A stretch of 64,000 bases of DNA from an uncultured bacterium (GTDB taxonomy: Bacteria > Oederibacteriota > PGYV01 > CAWJRG01): positions 96,001 to 160,000 of the forward strand of contig CAWJRG010000011.1 of the NCBI GenBank assembly GCA_963845185.1, read 5' to 3'. The position numbers and the translations under genes were made by a program. Position 1 is the stretch's first letter; each line of letters starts with the position of its first letter. Below, piece after piece: positions 1 through 10,635 of this stretch. A model generated the notes under the pieces. It was not told the DNA's origin. It did not search any database and saw nothing but the letters and a program-made list of their open reading frames with translations.

Positions 1-340
1 CATTTTCCTCATAAGGCAGCCTCGATGCGTCTATCATAACTGATGTAAAACCTCCATCAACACACGACTTACAAATTTCAAAATCTTCGCCATGGTCAAG
101 ATGTATTGCTATTGGAAGTCCCGAATCCTCTTCTGCTGCCTTAATAAGATGTATTAGATAGCCCGGCCTTGCATACTTTCTTGCGCCTGCGGATACCTGA
201 AGTATAAGCGGAGCTTTTTCTTCTTTTGCTGCGTCCACAATTCCCTGGACTATTTCCATGTCATTTACATTAAAAGCCCCGACTGCATAACCTTCCTTAT
301 TTGCTCTTGCAAACATTTCTTTTGTTCCAACTAATGGCAT
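1..340 (-). CDS. fba: class II fructose-bisphosphate aldolase (5' part; runs off window)
   Basis: Not in ORF track; manual translation MPLVGTKEMFARANKEGYAVGAFNVNDME...IHLDHG...GFTSVMIDAS; SD GGAGG upstream. Confidence 0.93.
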   Translation of the reverse strand, partial: MPLVGTKEMFARANKEGYAVGAFNVNDMEIVQGIVDAAKEEKAPLILQVSAGARKYARPGYLIHLIKAAEEDSGLPIAIHLDHGEDFEICKSCVDGGFTSVMIDASRLPYEEN

Positions 341-350
341 ATTTTTCCTC

Positions 351-902
351 CTACTTTTTAGGTTCCTTTTTTTTCTTTTCTTCTTTTTTTTCGGTTTTTG
401 GTTTTTCCTTTTCTTTTACTTGCTTTAATTCTTTTCCATCTTTTACTTCTTTTTTAGGTTTTTCTGCTATCTCTTTTTTAGGTTTTTGTGCTGCTGCAGG
501 CTTGCCTTTTTCATCCTTTTTTATTTCTTCCTTCTTGTATATTTTCTCAAAATCAACGAGTTCAATAATCGAAAGTTCGGCGTTATCGCCGGCCCTGTTT
601 CCAAGCTTTAGAATTCTGGTATAACCACCATTCCTTGCCGAGTATAATCCCGCTATTTCAGAAAAAAGCTTTTTTATAAGGTCTCTGTCATCTATCAACC
701 TGGCCACCTGCCTCATGTCATGCATGGTCCCTGATTTTGCCCTTGTAATAAGCGGTTCTACTACTTCCCGTAAATACTTTGCTTTTGTTGTAGTTGTTTT
801 AATACGTCCATGAAAAAGCAGTTGTTTAGCAAGGTTCCTTATCACTGCCTTCCTGTGCCCTATATGCAACCCAAGCGTCGTACTTTTTACTTTATGTCTC
901 AT
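351..902 (-). CDS. rplQ: 50S ribosomal protein L17 with Lys/Glu-rich C-terminal tail
   Basis: MRHKV...RNGGYTRILKLG.RAGDNA; after rpoA. Confidence 0.98.
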   Translation of the reverse strand: MRHKVKSTTLGLHIGHRKAVIRNLAKQLLFHGRIKTTTTKAKYLREVVEPLITRAKSGTMHDMRQVARLIDDRDLIKKLFSEIAGLYSARNGGYTRILKLGNRAGDNAELSIIELVDFEKIYKKEEIKKDEKGKPAAAQKPKKEIAEKPKKEVKDGKELKQVKEKEKPKTEKKEEKKKKEPKK

Positions 903-920
903 TTTAAACTCCTTGTTAAT

Positions 921-969
921 AAAATATTACTCTTGCTTGCACCCGTTTTAAGCCTAGGATAAATGGTAC
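921..969. repeat. partial, degenerate copy D of the intergenic two-hairpin element
   Basis: 921-947 aaaatattactcttgcttgcacccgtt is identical to 61351-61377 in copy C; residual first hairpin GTACCATTT..AAACGGGTGC on minus strand. Confidence 0.75.
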
Positions 970-1961
970 TATTTTTTAAATAGTTTCTTGATTTCTTTAA
1001 GCAGCTCTTTTGGTATCTTCATGCCAAGCGACAATCCCATTTCGGTTAATACTTCCTTTATTTCATTCAGCGACTTTCTCCCGAAATTTCTGTATTTCAG
1101 CATATCCACTTCGGACTTTGTAACTAGGTCAGCTATTGTCTTTATGTTTGCATTTTTCAGGCAATTTGAGGAACGTACGGAAAGTTCAAGTTCTTCCACG
1201 CTTTTCGCGAGAGTTGTTTTCATTTTTTCCTTTTCCTCATCGATTTTTTCTTCCTTAATTTCAATCTCGCCTTCCTGCGTAATAAATATATTGAGATATT
1301 CCCTCAAAATTAAAGCCGCCTGTGTAAGCGAAGTCTCCGGGGATATCCTACCATCCGTTGTTATTGAAAGTATCAGCTTGTCGTAATCCGTTATCTGGCC
1401 TACCCTGGTATTTTCAACCTCAAGCTTCACGTTTATCACAGGTGTGAATATAGAGTCAATAGGAATCATACCTATGGGCATGTCATCCCTTTTATTTTTA
1501 TCAGCCGTTACATAGCCCCTGCCCTGGTCGACTTCCATTTCGATAAAAAGTCTTGCGTCCCTGCTGGTAAGCGTGGCTATATGCAAGCCGGCATTAAAAA
1601 TCTTTATGTCGCTGTCCGGCTTTATATCGCCTGCCGTTACTTCCCTTTCGCCTTCGGCCTCAATATATATTTTCTTCGGGGCCTCGCCGTAAAGCAGAAG
1701 TTTCAGCTGTTTCAGATTTAGTATTATCTCCGAAACGTCTTCCATTACACCGGGTATCGTGGCGAATTCATGCTGTACCCCTTCTATCTTTATTGATGTG
1801 ATGGCCGCGCCCGGTATTGACGATAATAGAATTCTACGCAAGGCATTTCCAATTGCAATCGCATATCCTCTTTCAAACGGTTCTGATATAAACCTGCCGA
1901 ATGTGTCGCTTAATTCTTCTTTCTCAAGCTTTTTTGGTTTTTGCAAATTTTTCCATTTCAT
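969..1961 (-). CDS. rpoA: RNA polymerase alpha subunit
   Basis: EPFERGY..GNALRRILLSSIPG; CTD ELELSVRSSNCLK..NFGRKSL. Confidence 0.99.
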   Translation of the reverse strand: MKWKNLQKPKKLEKEELSDTFGRFISEPFERGYAIAIGNALRRILLSSIPGAAITSIKIEGVQHEFATIPGVMEDVSEIILNLKQLKLLLYGEAPKKIYIEAEGEREVTAGDIKPDSDIKIFNAGLHIATLTSRDARLFIEMEVDQGRGYVTADKNKRDDMPIGMIPIDSIFTPVINVKLEVENTRVGQITDYDKLILSITTDGRISPETSLTQAALILREYLNIFITQEGEIEIKEEKIDEEKEKMKTTLAKSVEELELSVRSSNCLKNANIKTIADLVTKSEVDMLKYRNFGRKSLNEIKEVLTEMGLSLGMKIPKELLKEIKKLFKK

Positions 1962-1980
1962 TATATTATATACACCTCCG

Positions 1981-2616
1981 TTATTTAGAGTACAGTTCTA
2001 CTATTAACTGTTCCTGCACCGGCAGAGCAATATCTGCCCTTATGGGGTCGTTTTTAATACTAGCTTCCAGCCTGTCAAAATTCATTTCAATCCAAGTAGG
2101 AGTAGTCCTTCCTTTTTTTGACTCCTCTATGGCTTTTTTTACCGTCTGTAATTCCAAAGTGCTTGCCTTAAGTGTCACCTTGTCGCCCGGCCTTACTTCG
2201 TATGAGGCAATATTAATCTTCCTGCCGTTTACCAGCACATGTCCGTGCCCGACAAACTCTCTTGCCACCCTGCGTGACACAGTAAAACCGCTCCTGAATA
2301 CAACATTATCAAGCCTTTTCTCAAGCATTTTGAGCAGGTTTTCACCTGTTTCACCTTTTTTCCTATCGGATATCTCAAAATACCTTCTGAACTGGCGCTC
2401 GTATACCCCGTAAATTCTCTTTACCTTTTGTTTTTCCCTCAACTGTTTTCCATATTCGGATATTTTCCTGCCTCTGGAATCGTCGTGATGTTGCCCGGGA
2501 ATATAAGGTCTTCTTGAATAAGCGCATTTATCCGTCTGGCACCTGTCGCCTTTTAAAAAAAGCTTCATGCCTTCTCTCCGGCATAATCTGCATAAACTTT
2601 CCCTATATCTTGCCAA
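1981..2616 (-). CDS. rpsD: 30S ribosomal protein S4
   Basis: MARY..CRLCRREG..EKQKVKRIYGV..LEKRLDNVV; TTG start. Confidence 0.99.
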   Translation of the reverse strand: MARYRESLCRLCRREGMKLFLKGDRCQTDKCAYSRRPYIPGQHHDDSRGRKISEYGKQLREKQKVKRIYGVYERQFRRYFEISDRKKGETGENLLKMLEKRLDNVVFRSGFTVSRRVAREFVGHGHVLVNGRKINIASYEVRPGDKVTLKASTLELQTVKKAIEESKKGRTTPTWIEMNFDRLEASIKNDPIRADIALPVQEQLIVELYSK

Positions 2617-2671
2617 TTTTAGAACCTCCTATTTTTAGCAATTTCAAACTAATTTTATATACAATTAGCAA

Positions 2672-3043
2672 TTATACTCTTCTCCGTTTTGGAGGTCTGC
2701 AGCCATTGTGAGGTATCGGAGTTACATCCTTGATTAAAACTATAGTAAGCCCCACTGCTTGTAAAGCCCTGATGGCAGGCTCTCTTCCTTCACCAGGTCC
2801 CTTTACGTACACTTCAACCTTTTTTACACCCATATCAAAAGCTATTTTGCCTGCTTTTTCAGCAGCAAGTTGTGCCGCAAACGGCGTGCTTTTCCTAGCG
2901 CCTTTGTATCCAACTGTTCCACCGCTTGCCCAAGAAAGCACTTCGCCGTCCCTTGCAGTCAGCGAAATAATAGTGTTATTAAACGTCGCCTGTATGTGAG
3001 CTATTGCTGTCTCTGGTACTACTCTTTGCTTTTTCTTGGCCAA
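2672..3043 (-). CDS. rpsK: 30S ribosomal protein S11
   Basis: [32 protein letters not shown]. Confidence 0.99.
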   Translation of the reverse strand: MAKKKQRVVPETAIAHIQATFNNTIISLTARDGEVLSWASGGTVGYKGARKSTPFAAQLAAEKAGKIAFDMGVKKVEVYVKGPGEGREPAIRALQAVGLTIVLIKDVTPIPHNGCRPPKRRRV

Positions 3044-3098
3044 AACAATACCTCCTGATTAATTAACAATGTTTACCCTTCCATTGAAAGAGGGTATA

Positions 3099-3503
3099 TT
3101 ATTTCTGTGCCGGCGCTTCCGACGGCGCAGCTGCCATTTTCTTTGCGCCTACGGTCTTTCTCGGCCCTTTCCTTGTCCTCGCGTTTGAACGGGTCCTCTG
3201 TCCCCTGACTGGAAGGTTTTTTCTGTGCCTTATACCCCTATAACAGCCTATATCCATCAGCCTTTTTATGTCCTGGGAAATCTCTTTTCTTAAATCTCCC
3301 TCAACTTTTAATTGCTTATTCAATATTGCTTCTTGTATCCTGTGCACCTCGTCTTCGGTAAGGTTGTAAACCCTGGTATCAGGATTTACATTCGCGTCAC
3401 TTAGTATTTCCTTGGACAATGAAAGCCCTATCCCATATATATAGGTTAAAGCAACTTCAATCCTCTTGTTCTTTGGTAAATCAACTCCCGTTATCCTAGC
3501 CAA
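3099..3503 (-). CDS. rpsM: 30S ribosomal protein S13
   Basis: [27 protein letters not shown]. Confidence 0.99.
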   Translation of the reverse strand: MARITGVDLPKNKRIEVALTYIYGIGLSLSKEILSDANVNPDTRVYNLTEDEVHRIQEAILNKQLKVEGDLRKEISQDIKRLMDIGCYRGIRHRKNLPVRGQRTRSNARTRKGPRKTVGAKKMAAAPSEAPAQK

Positions 3504-3515
3504 ATTAATTACCTC

Positions 3516-3629
3516 CTAACCCTGTCTTTGTTTATGTTTGGGGTTGCTGCAAATAACCCTTACGACTCTTTTCCTTCTTACAATCTTGCATTTCTCGCAA
3601 ATCTTTTTTACCGATGCTCTTACTTTCAT
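3516..3629 (-). CDS. rpmJ: 50S ribosomal protein L36 (zinc-binding type)
   Basis: Below ORF-track cutoff; manual translation [37 protein letters not shown]. Confidence 0.98.
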   Translation of the reverse strand: MKVRASVKKICEKCKIVRRKRVVRVICSNPKHKQRQG

Positions 3630-3647
3630 TTATTTCACCTCTTCAAC

Positions 3648-3869
3648 CTATTTACCGTGTCTGTATATTATTCTGCCTCTACTCAAATCGTAAGGTGATA
3701 CCTGTACCGTAACTTTATCTCCTGGAAGCAGCTTGATAAAATTCATCCTCATTTTCCCGGAAACATGAGCAAGTACTTTATGCCCGTTTGACAGTTCCAC
3801 CCTGAACGTGGCGTTAGGTAAAGGCTCCACTATTGTGCCTTCACATTCGATTAAATCTTCTTTTGACAA
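3648..3869 (-). CDS. infA: translation initiation factor IF-1
   Basis: [22 protein letters not shown]. Confidence 0.99.
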   Translation of the reverse strand: MSKEDLIECEGTIVEPLPNATFRVELSNGHKVLAHVSGKMRMNFIKLLPGDKVTVQVSPYDLSRGRIIYRHGK

Positions 3870-3872
3870 ATT

Positions 3873-4628
3873 CTACACTCCTAGTTTACTTAAAATAACA
3901 GGACCATTTTCAGTTATAGCTACATCATGCTCAAAATGGGCTGAAAGCCCTTTATCTTTAGTCACAACAGTCCATTCGTTTTCAAGTATCTCTATTTCAT
4001 AACCCTTCTCATTTACCATTGGTTCTATTGCGAGTATCATGCCGGGTTTTAAATCAGGTCCTGTCCCTTGTTTCCCGTAATTCGGTACAAGCGGCTCCTC
4101 ATGCAGTTCCCTGCCTATACCGTGTCCTACAAAATCCCTTACCACGGAAAAATTATTTGACTCAACATATTGTTGTATGCCTGCCGATATATCGCCAAGC
4201 CTATTCCCAGCAACTGCTTTTTCTATGCCTTTATATAAGGCTTTTTCGGTAATTTCAATTAGCCTTTCTGCTTTGGCAGAAATATGCCCAACCCCTACCG
4301 TTATTGTGGCATCTCCGTAAAAACCCTCATACTCTGCGCCAAAATCAATGCTTACAATATCACCTTCTTTTAAAAACCTGCCTTTAGAAGGAATCCCGTG
4401 TACTACTTCATCATTTATTGAAATGCAAACGCTCGCAGGAAAGCCCCTGTAGCCTAAAAAAGCAGGCCTAGCTCTAAGCTGTTTGCTTGCTTTCCTTGCC
4501 AACAGGTCAAATTCCATGGTCTCAACGCCCGGTTTTGCGATTTCTTTCAACCTTAAAAGAACCTCTGCGACTATCTTTGCGCTTTTTTCTAATTTCTTTA
4601 TATCTTCCGCTGTTTTTAATACTATCAT
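3873..4628 (-). CDS. map: type I methionine aminopeptidase
   Basis: CISINDEVVHGIP, GHGIG..LHEEP, IEPM, SAHFEH. Confidence 0.98.
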   Translation of the reverse strand: MIVLKTAEDIKKLEKSAKIVAEVLLRLKEIAKPGVETMEFDLLARKASKQLRARPAFLGYRGFPASVCISINDEVVHGIPSKGRFLKEGDIVSIDFGAEYEGFYGDATITVGVGHISAKAERLIEITEKALYKGIEKAVAGNRLGDISAGIQQYVESNNFSVVRDFVGHGIGRELHEEPLVPNYGKQGTGPDLKPGMILAIEPMVNEKGYEIEILENEWTVVTKDKGLSAHFEHDVAITENGPVILSKLGV

Positions 4629-4649
4629 AAACTTCCTTATTGATATTAA

Positions 4650-5300
4650 TTATTTATTTTCTAAAAGTCCTATTATCTTCTGCACTATTTCGTCTATGGT
4701 CCCTTCGGACGCTTCAATATCCTTTAAAATACCTTTATTCGTGTAATAAGCTGTCAAAGGTGACGTCTGCCTTTCATAAACAGATAGCCTTTTCTCTATG
4801 GTCTCCGGCTTGTCGTCATCCCTCTGATAAAATTCTCCACCGCATTTATCGCATTTGCCTTCCACAGCCGGCGGCAGGGTATATACGTTAAAATTGGCCC
4901 CGCAGCTTTTACATAACCTTCGTCCTGTAAGCCTTTTTGAAAGCACGTCTTTTTTTACTGTTATGTTTATTACCGCGTCAAGCGCCAGTTTAGCCCTTTT
5001 AAAAATAAACTCAAGCGCGTCGGCCTGTTCCACCGTTCTCGGGAATCCGTCTAAAAGAAAACCCGCCTTGCAGTCCGGCGCTTTAATCCTGTCATCCACT
5101 ATTCCGACTATTATATCGTCAGGGACAAGCAAACCTCTGTCCATATAATCCTTTGCCTGTACGCCAAGTTCTGTCTTATTTTTTACTGCTTCTCTCAATA
5201 TATCACCGGTTGAAATTTGCGGAATCTTATATTTTTCAACAAGCTTCTGTGAATAAGTGCCTTTCCCTGCTCCAGGCGGCCCTAATAAAATAAATATCAT
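4650..5300 (-). CDS. adk: adenylate kinase with Cys4 lid
   Basis: GPPGAGKGT, LDGFPRT, CKSC..CDKC. Confidence 0.99.
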   Translation of the reverse strand: MIFILLGPPGAGKGTYSQKLVEKYKIPQISTGDILREAVKNKTELGVQAKDYMDRGLLVPDDIIVGIVDDRIKAPDCKAGFLLDGFPRTVEQADALEFIFKRAKLALDAVINITVKKDVLSKRLTGRRLCKSCGANFNVYTLPPAVEGKCDKCGGEFYQRDDDKPETIEKRLSVYERQTSPLTAYYTNKGILKDIEASEGTIDEIVQKIIGLLENK

Positions 5301-5319
5301 ATTTTGCCTCCTTTTTTTA

Positions 5320-6657
5320 TTACCCTCTTCTTCCCTTTATTCTGCCTGCTTTCATAAATCCTTCATAATGCCGCATTAAAAGATGCGATTCTATCTGTTG
5401 CACGGTATCGAGCGCGACTCCCACGACTATAAGTAAGGTAGTTCCGCCAAAATACCATCCTATAGACAACTGTTTTCCCAGAAAATCCGGAATGATAGCA
5501 ATGATAAGGACAAGCACAGCGCCTCCAAGGGTAATGTGCGTAAGAATATCATTGATATATTCCGCGGAAGGCTGTCCTGGCCTTATCCCAGGAATAAACC
5601 CTCCGTATTTTTTCATATTATCAGCAACATCCGTTGGGTTAAAAGTGATTGCGGTATAAAAATAGCAGAAGAAAATTATCAAGCCTGCATACATCAAAAT
5701 ATAAAGAAATTTGCCAGGCGAAATCCAGTCATTGACAAATCCGACTACTGCCTGCAAAAGGTTGCTTTGATTTGGCCTTTCCAAAAATTTTGACACCATT
5801 GAAGGTATAATCATTATTGAAGAAGCGAATATGACGGCTATAACTCCAGAATAGTCTATCTTTAAAGGAAGCTGAGTGCTTTGTCCCCTGTACATCTTCC
5901 TCCCTATTATCCTTTGCGCATATTGGACCGGTATTCTCCTGTATGATTGCTGGGAAACTACGGCAAGGGCAGTTAAAAAAACGATAACGACCACAAAAAA
6001 TAATATCTGGAACAGGGAAACCGTGCCTGCCTTCCAAAGGCTTATCATACTTCCTATCTCAATCGGTATCCTCGCCACAATACCGGCAAAAATCAGCATC
6101 GACATGCCGTTGCCTACTCCGTATTCCGTCATCTGTTCGCCAAGCCACATCAAAAATATGGTGCCGCATGTCAGCGTAAGTATGGTTGTAATCTGGAAAG
6201 CTATATTATAATTGATAACTATGCTAATCCCGCCAATCGGAGGTATGTTCTTAAGCCAGAAAGTTACGGCCAATGACTGGAAAGCGCATATTCCCACGGT
6301 AAGATAACGTGTATACTGGGTTATTTTCTTTCTGCCCGCGTCTCCCTCCTTTTGCAATGCCTCAAGTGAAGGTATTACCGCTGTTAGTAGCTGCATTATT
6401 ATAGATGATGAAATATAAGGCATTATACCCAGCGAGAATATGGTAAAATTTCTCAATGCTCCGCCGGAAAATAAATCCATGAATCCCAGGAAACCGCTTG
6501 CCTGCGCCTGAATAAGTGCGTTCATAGCGTGCGTGTTTATACCTGGCGTTGGTACATGCGCGCCAAGCCTGAATACAAATATCATGCCCAGGGTAAACAA
6601 TACCCTTCTTTTCAACTCCGGTATTTTAAATATATTTTGTAATGAATCTATCGGCAT
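5320..6657 (-). CDS. secY: preprotein translocase SecY
   Basis: LGIMPYISSSIIMQLL, GFIPGIRPG, FGGTTLLIVVGV. Confidence 0.99.
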   Translation of the reverse strand: MPIDSLQNIFKIPELKRRVLFTLGMIFVFRLGAHVPTPGINTHAMNALIQAQASGFLGFMDLFSGGALRNFTIFSLGIMPYISSSIIMQLLTAVIPSLEALQKEGDAGRKKITQYTRYLTVGICAFQSLAVTFWLKNIPPIGGISIVINYNIAFQITTILTLTCGTIFLMWLGEQMTEYGVGNGMSMLIFAGIVARIPIEIGSMISLWKAGTVSLFQILFFVVVIVFLTALAVVSQQSYRRIPVQYAQRIIGRKMYRGQSTQLPLKIDYSGVIAVIFASSIMIIPSMVSKFLERPNQSNLLQAVVGFVNDWISPGKFLYILMYAGLIIFFCYFYTAITFNPTDVADNMKKYGGFIPGIRPGQPSAEYINDILTHITLGGAVLVLIIAIIPDFLGKQLSIGWYFGGTTLLIVVGVALDTVQQIESHLLMRHYEGFMKAGRIKGRRG

Positions 6658-7100
6658 ATTAATACCTCGGTTGTACCGCCTGCTTTTTTTATTTTTTCCT
6701 CAGCGCTTTTCGAAAACTTATCGGCTTTAACTTTTAAAGCCTTGACGAGGTCGCCGTCGCCGAGAATTTTTAGTTTCTTTGTTTTGCTGGATATAAGGCC
6801 TTTTTCAAACAATATTTCCTTTGTTATTTCTGCTCCCGCCTCAAATTTTTCGTTGAGTATGCTTGTATTTATTATTTCAAATTCTTTCTTAAAAATATTT
6901 TTGAACCCTGATTTGGGTATAAGCTGGGTTAGCCTTTGCTGTCCGCCCTCGAACCACGGCGGTTTACCCGCGCCGCTTCTTGCATTCTGGCCCTTGTGAC
7001 CTTTGCCGGCTGTTTTTCCCCAGCCGCTGCCAATGCCTTTCCCAAGACGTTTTTTTGTTTTTCTCTTCTTTTTATTTATCTTCAGATCGGACATTTTCAT
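6648..7100 (-). CDS. rplO: 50S ribosomal protein L15
   Basis: GKTAGKGHKGQNARSG..FEGGQ. Confidence 0.98.
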   Translation of the reverse strand: MKMSDLKINKKKRKTKKRLGKGIGSGWGKTAGKGHKGQNARSGAGKPPWFEGGQQRLTQLIPKSGFKNIFKKEFEIINTSILNEKFEAGAEITKEILFEKGLISSKTKKLKILGDGDLVKALKVKADKFSKSAEEKIKKAGGTTEVLICR

Positions 7101-7101
7101 C

Positions 7102-7281
7102 TTAAATCTCCTTGACTGTTAAAAGGTAAGAAACTTTTTTTATCATGCCTGCTATCGCTGGATTGTTCTCAAAAATTTTCTCATCGCCTATTTTTTTCAG
7201 ACCTAACGCGGCAACAATTTTCTTGTTCTTTTTTATTTTGCCAGCCATGCCTCTTTTTAATGTAACTTTGATTTTTGCCAT
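7102..7281 (-). CDS. rpmD: 50S ribosomal protein L30
   Basis: 59 aa, below track cutoff; manual translation MAKIKVTLKRG..ALGLKKIG..NPAIAGMIKKVSYLL; between rpsE and rplO. Confidence 0.95.
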   Translation of the reverse strand: MAKIKVTLKRGMAGKIKKNKKIVAALGLKKIGDEKIFENNPAIAGMIKKVSYLLTVKEI

Positions 7282-7283
7282 GA

Positions 7284-7772
7284 TTATTTAGCCTGCCTCA
7301 ACTCAAGTATTTTCTCGGGTTCTTTTATCTGATTCAAAGCTTCAAAAGTCGCGTATACAATATTATATGGGTTCGATGTCCTGCCAAGGCATTTCGAAAG
7401 GATATCATGGATACCAGCTGACTCCATTATGGCCCGGATTGCGCCGCCGGCTATGACTCCCGTACCTGTGGAAGCTGGTTTCAGCAGCACTTTTGCGGAA
7501 CCAAATTCACCTGTCACCTCGTAAGGTATGGTTGTGCCCTTTAAAGGGACTCTAATCAGGTTTTTTTTCGCACGTTCCACTGCTTTTTTAATCGCGTCAG
7601 GCACTTCGCGGGCTTTTCCGAGAGCATATCCTACATGCCCGTGCCCATCACCCACGATTACAATAACGCTGAATTTAAATCTCTTTCCTCCCTTGATGAC
7701 TTTCGCGACTCTGTTTATATGTACCGTTCTTTCCTTTAAATCCAGCTTTGTATAATCAATGGTTTCCTTCAA
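7284..7772 (-). CDS. rpsE: 30S ribosomal protein S5
   Basis: [22 protein letters not shown]. Confidence 0.99.
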   Translation of the reverse strand: MKETIDYTKLDLKERTVHINRVAKVIKGGKRFKFSVIVIVGDGHGHVGYALGKAREVPDAIKKAVERAKKNLIRVPLKGTTIPYEVTGEFGSAKVLLKPASTGTGVIAGGAIRAIMESAGIHDILSKCLGRTSNPYNIVYATFEALNQIKEPEKILELRQAK

Positions 7773-7792
7773 AACTTTCCTCCTGTATTACT

Positions 7793-8167
7793 TTATAGTT
7801 TTATGCCCGATGCCCTTACAGCGTCGGCGAATTCCTTTATAACTCCGTGAAATTTATATCCTCCGCGGTCAAAAACCACTTCCTTTATGCCTTTTTCAAG
7901 GCATTTTTTGCCTATGACTTCACCTAATTTTTTCGCGGCTTCTTTGTTGTTATTTTTTATCTGCTCTTTTACTTCCTTTGAATATGTGGCCAGACCTAAC
8001 ATGGTCTTTCCTGCCTCATCGTCTATTACTTGTGCGAAAAGGCCCCTTGTGCCTCTAAACACATTAAGCCTTGGCTTTTCGGCATATCCGTTTATTTTCT
8101 TTCTTACCCTGCTGTGTCTTATTATTCTCTTCTCAGTCCTTTTATTCATGTCCCTGGAAAACTTCAT
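7793..8167 (-). CDS. rplR: 50S ribosomal protein L18
   Basis: PRLNVFR..VVFDRGGYKFHG. Confidence 0.98.
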   Translation of the reverse strand: MKFSRDMNKRTEKRIIRHSRVRKKINGYAEKPRLNVFRGTRGLFAQVIDDEAGKTMLGLATYSKEVKEQIKNNNKEAAKKLGEVIGKKCLEKGIKEVVFDRGGYKFHGVIKEFADAVRASGIKL

Positions 8168-8190
8168 TATTTTATTTTCCTCCGTAATGC

Positions 8191-8760
8191 TTATTTTTTG
8201 CCGCCGGTAGTCGTGCTTGCCGCGCTCTTTCCGGCCTTTCTTCTTATTCTCTCGCCTTCGTACATTATGCCTTTGCCGCCGTAAGGTTCTGGTTTTTTAA
8301 GCATTTTTATTTTTGATGCCGTAAGCCCAACAAGACCCTTGTCCGGCCCCGAGAGGACGATTTTTGTCTGCCCTTCCACCACGGCCTTAATCCCTGCAGG
8401 TACCTTGAATTTCACAGGGTGGGAAAAACCAAGTGTAAAATTCAAGGTATCACCCGCAAGCTGCGTCCTATATCCGATTCCCGAGAGCAGCAGGGTTTTT
8501 ACATATGCTTCTTTTACGCCGTTTATTTTATTGTTCAATATTGCCCTTTCCATGCCGTAAAATGCTTTAAGCCCTTTATCCCTGGTAAAATCCTCTTTTG
8601 ACGTTATGCTTATGACGTTATTTTCAATTTTATAATCAAAAGCTGCGTTTATATTGTGCTCAAGTTTTCCGGCTGGCCCTTCTATTTTTATTTTATCGGC
8701 TTCTTTTGTTACTTTTACTTTATCAGGTACCTGTATTATCTTTTTACCTATCCTTGACAT
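8191..8760 (-). CDS. rplF: 50S ribosomal protein L6
   Basis: MSRIGK..LGFSHPV..PEPYGGKGI. Confidence 0.98.
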   Translation of the reverse strand: MSRIGKKIIQVPDKVKVTKEADKIKIEGPAGKLEHNINAAFDYKIENNVISITSKEDFTRDKGLKAFYGMERAILNNKINGVKEAYVKTLLLSGIGYRTQLAGDTLNFTLGFSHPVKFKVPAGIKAVVEGQTKIVLSGPDKGLVGLTASKIKMLKKPEPYGGKGIMYEGERIRRKAGKSAASTTTGGKK

Positions 8761-8772
8761 TTTTCATCTCCT

Positions 8773-9162
8773 TCACCATATCTCGCAGATTGCTTCCCCA
8801 CCGATTTTCATTTCTTTTGCTTTTTTGTCGGTCATTATGCCTTTCGAAGTGGAAAGCAGTATGACTCCAAGCCCGCTCTTTACCTTCGGTATCTCGTTTG
8901 ACGCCATATAAACCTTGCGAGAGGGCTTGCTTATCCTTTTTATGCTACCAATGATTTTTTCCTTGTTCGGGCCGTATTTCAAATAAACCCTTATAACTCC
9001 CTGTTTATTGTTTTCAATGTACTTGTATCCCTTTATAAAACCTTCTTCTTTCAGGAGTTTAATTATATTCTGTTTCATTTTCGAGGAAGCAATATCCACG
9101 TAATCCTTGCTCTTCATATTTGCGTTCCTGATTTTTGTAAGCATGTGCGCTATCGTATCCAT
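8773..9162 (-). CDS. rpsH: 30S ribosomal protein S8
   Basis: IAHMLTKIRNA..STSKGIMTD. Confidence 0.98.
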   Translation of the reverse strand: MDTIAHMLTKIRNANMKSKDYVDIASSKMKQNIIKLLKEEGFIKGYKYIENNKQGVIRVYLKYGPNKEKIIGSIKRISKPSRKVYMASNEIPKVKSGLGVILLSTSKGIMTDKKAKEMKIGGEAICEIW

Positions 9163-9172
9163 GAAATCTCCT

Positions 9173-9358
9173 TTACCAGCTTGATTTTGTTACGCCGGGT
9201 ATCTCGCCGTTATGAGCAAGTCTTCTGAAGCATATCCTGCATATGCCGAATTTTCCCATATACCCTCTCGGTCTCCCGCATATATGGCACCTGTTTTTTT
9301 TCCGTGTTTTAAATTTTGGTTTCTTGTTTGTCTTGTTTATTATTGCTTTTGTAGCCAC
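9173..9358 (-). CDS. rpsN: 30S ribosomal protein S14 (short zinc-binding type Z)
   Basis: [27 protein letters not shown]. Confidence 0.98.
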   Translation of the reverse strand: MATKAIINKTNKKPKFKTRKKNRCHICGRPRGYMGKFGICRICFRRLAHNGEIPGVTKSSW

Positions 9359-9369
9359 TTAATTTCCTC

Positions 9370-9915
9370 CTATTTCTTCCTGAACGGCATTCCGAGAAGT
9401 TCCAGGAGCATAAAGCCGTCCTCGTCGCTTTTTGCGGTTGTTACGAAAGTTATATCCATGCCTAGCACCTGTAGAATCTTGTCGTAACTGATTTCAGGGA
9501 ATATGGTTTGTTCCTTTATGCCAAAGGTATAATTGCCCCTGCCGTCAAAGGAATTCTTCGGAACCCCGTTAAAATCCCTAACCCTGGGCAATGCTATGGA
9601 TATGAGCCTGTCTGTGAATTCATACATCCTTTCGCCACGCAGCGTCACCTTGCATCCTATGGGGATATTTTCACGCAATTTAAAGTTTGAAATCGAGCCT
9701 TTTGATCTTGTAACAATCGGTCTCTGTCCGGTTATCAAGCCAAGGTGCTCTACTGCCTGGTCTAGTATTTTGATGTTCTGCGTTGCTTCGCCTACGCCCA
9801 TATTTATCACTATTTTTTCCAGTCGCGGGGCCTGGTATTTGTTTTTGAAATTTTTCCTTTTCATAATTTCAGGGATAACGTTTTTTTCGTACTTTTCCCT
9901 TAATCTGCTTGCCAT
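9370..9915 (-). CDS. rplE: 50S ribosomal protein L5
   Basis: [24 protein letters not shown]. Confidence 0.99.
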   Translation of the reverse strand: MASRLREKYEKNVIPEIMKRKNFKNKYQAPRLEKIVINMGVGEATQNIKILDQAVEHLGLITGQRPIVTRSKGSISNFKLRENIPIGCKVTLRGERMYEFTDRLISIALPRVRDFNGVPKNSFDGRGNYTFGIKEQTIFPEISYDKILQVLGMDITFVTTAKSDEDGFMLLELLGMPFRKK

Positions 9916-9933
9916 TTACATCTTCCTCCTCAT

Positions 9934-10257
9934 CTACTTTTCATCAATCATTTCATTGCACTTTTTACAAATTCTTACTTTCTTGCCGTCCGATATTTCT
10001 CCGAGCTTCACTTTCGTCGCTTTGCCGCATTTATTGCATATAAGCATTACCTTGGCTATGCCTATGGGTGCCTCTTTTTCCACTATGCCACCCTGCTGGA
10101 TTTTCTGCGACGGCTTTGTGTGCCTTTTTATAAAATTAACCTTTTCAATTATAAGAGTTTTAGCTTTAGGGAATACTTTTAATATTTTCCCGCTTTTCCC
10201 TCTGTCTTTGCCCGACATAACCGTCACTATATCGTTTTTCTTTATTTTTAAGCGCAT
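9934..10257 (-). CDS. rplX: 50S ribosomal protein L24
   Basis: KOW motif V.VMSGKDRGKSG. Confidence 0.98.
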   Translation of the reverse strand: MRLKIKKNDIVTVMSGKDRGKSGKILKVFPKAKTLIIEKVNFIKRHTKPSQKIQQGGIVEKEAPIGIAKVMLICNKCGKATKVKLGEISDGKKVRICKKCNEMIDEK

Positions 10258-10266
10258 TATTTCCTC

Positions 10267-10635
10267 CTATACTACTTCGGGCGCGAGCGATATTATTTTC
10301 AGGAAATTTTTCTCCCTGAGTTCCCTTGCGACCGGTCCGAAAATCCTGGTTCCGCGCGGGTTCATCTGGTCGTTTATTATGACTGCTGCATTATTGTCAA
10401 ACCTGATGTATGAACCGTCCTTCCTGCGGACTTTCTTCCTGACCCTCACTATAACGGCCCTGACAACCTCTTTCTTTTTAACCTGCGCGCCGGGTATCGC
10501 ATCCTTGACAGACGCCACTATTATATCCCCGAGTGTAGCGTATCTGGCCCTTGTGCCGCCCAGGACCTTTATGCACATTATCTGTTTCGCGCCGGAATTA
10601 TCCGCGACTTCCATCCTTGACATTTGCTGTATCAT
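10267..10635 (-). CDS. rplN: 50S ribosomal protein L14
   Basis: [21 protein letters not shown]. Confidence 0.99.
   Translation of the reverse strand: MIQQMSRMEVADNSGAKQIMCIKVLGGTRARYATLGDIIVASVKDAIPGAQVKKKEVVRAVIVRVRKKVRRKDGSYIRFDNNAAVIINDQMNPRGTRIFGPVARELREKNFLKIISLAPEVV

Noticed and set aside
351..550. Low-complexity Lys/Glu tail of L17
   Set aside because: Such extensions are common in L17; not a separate feature.
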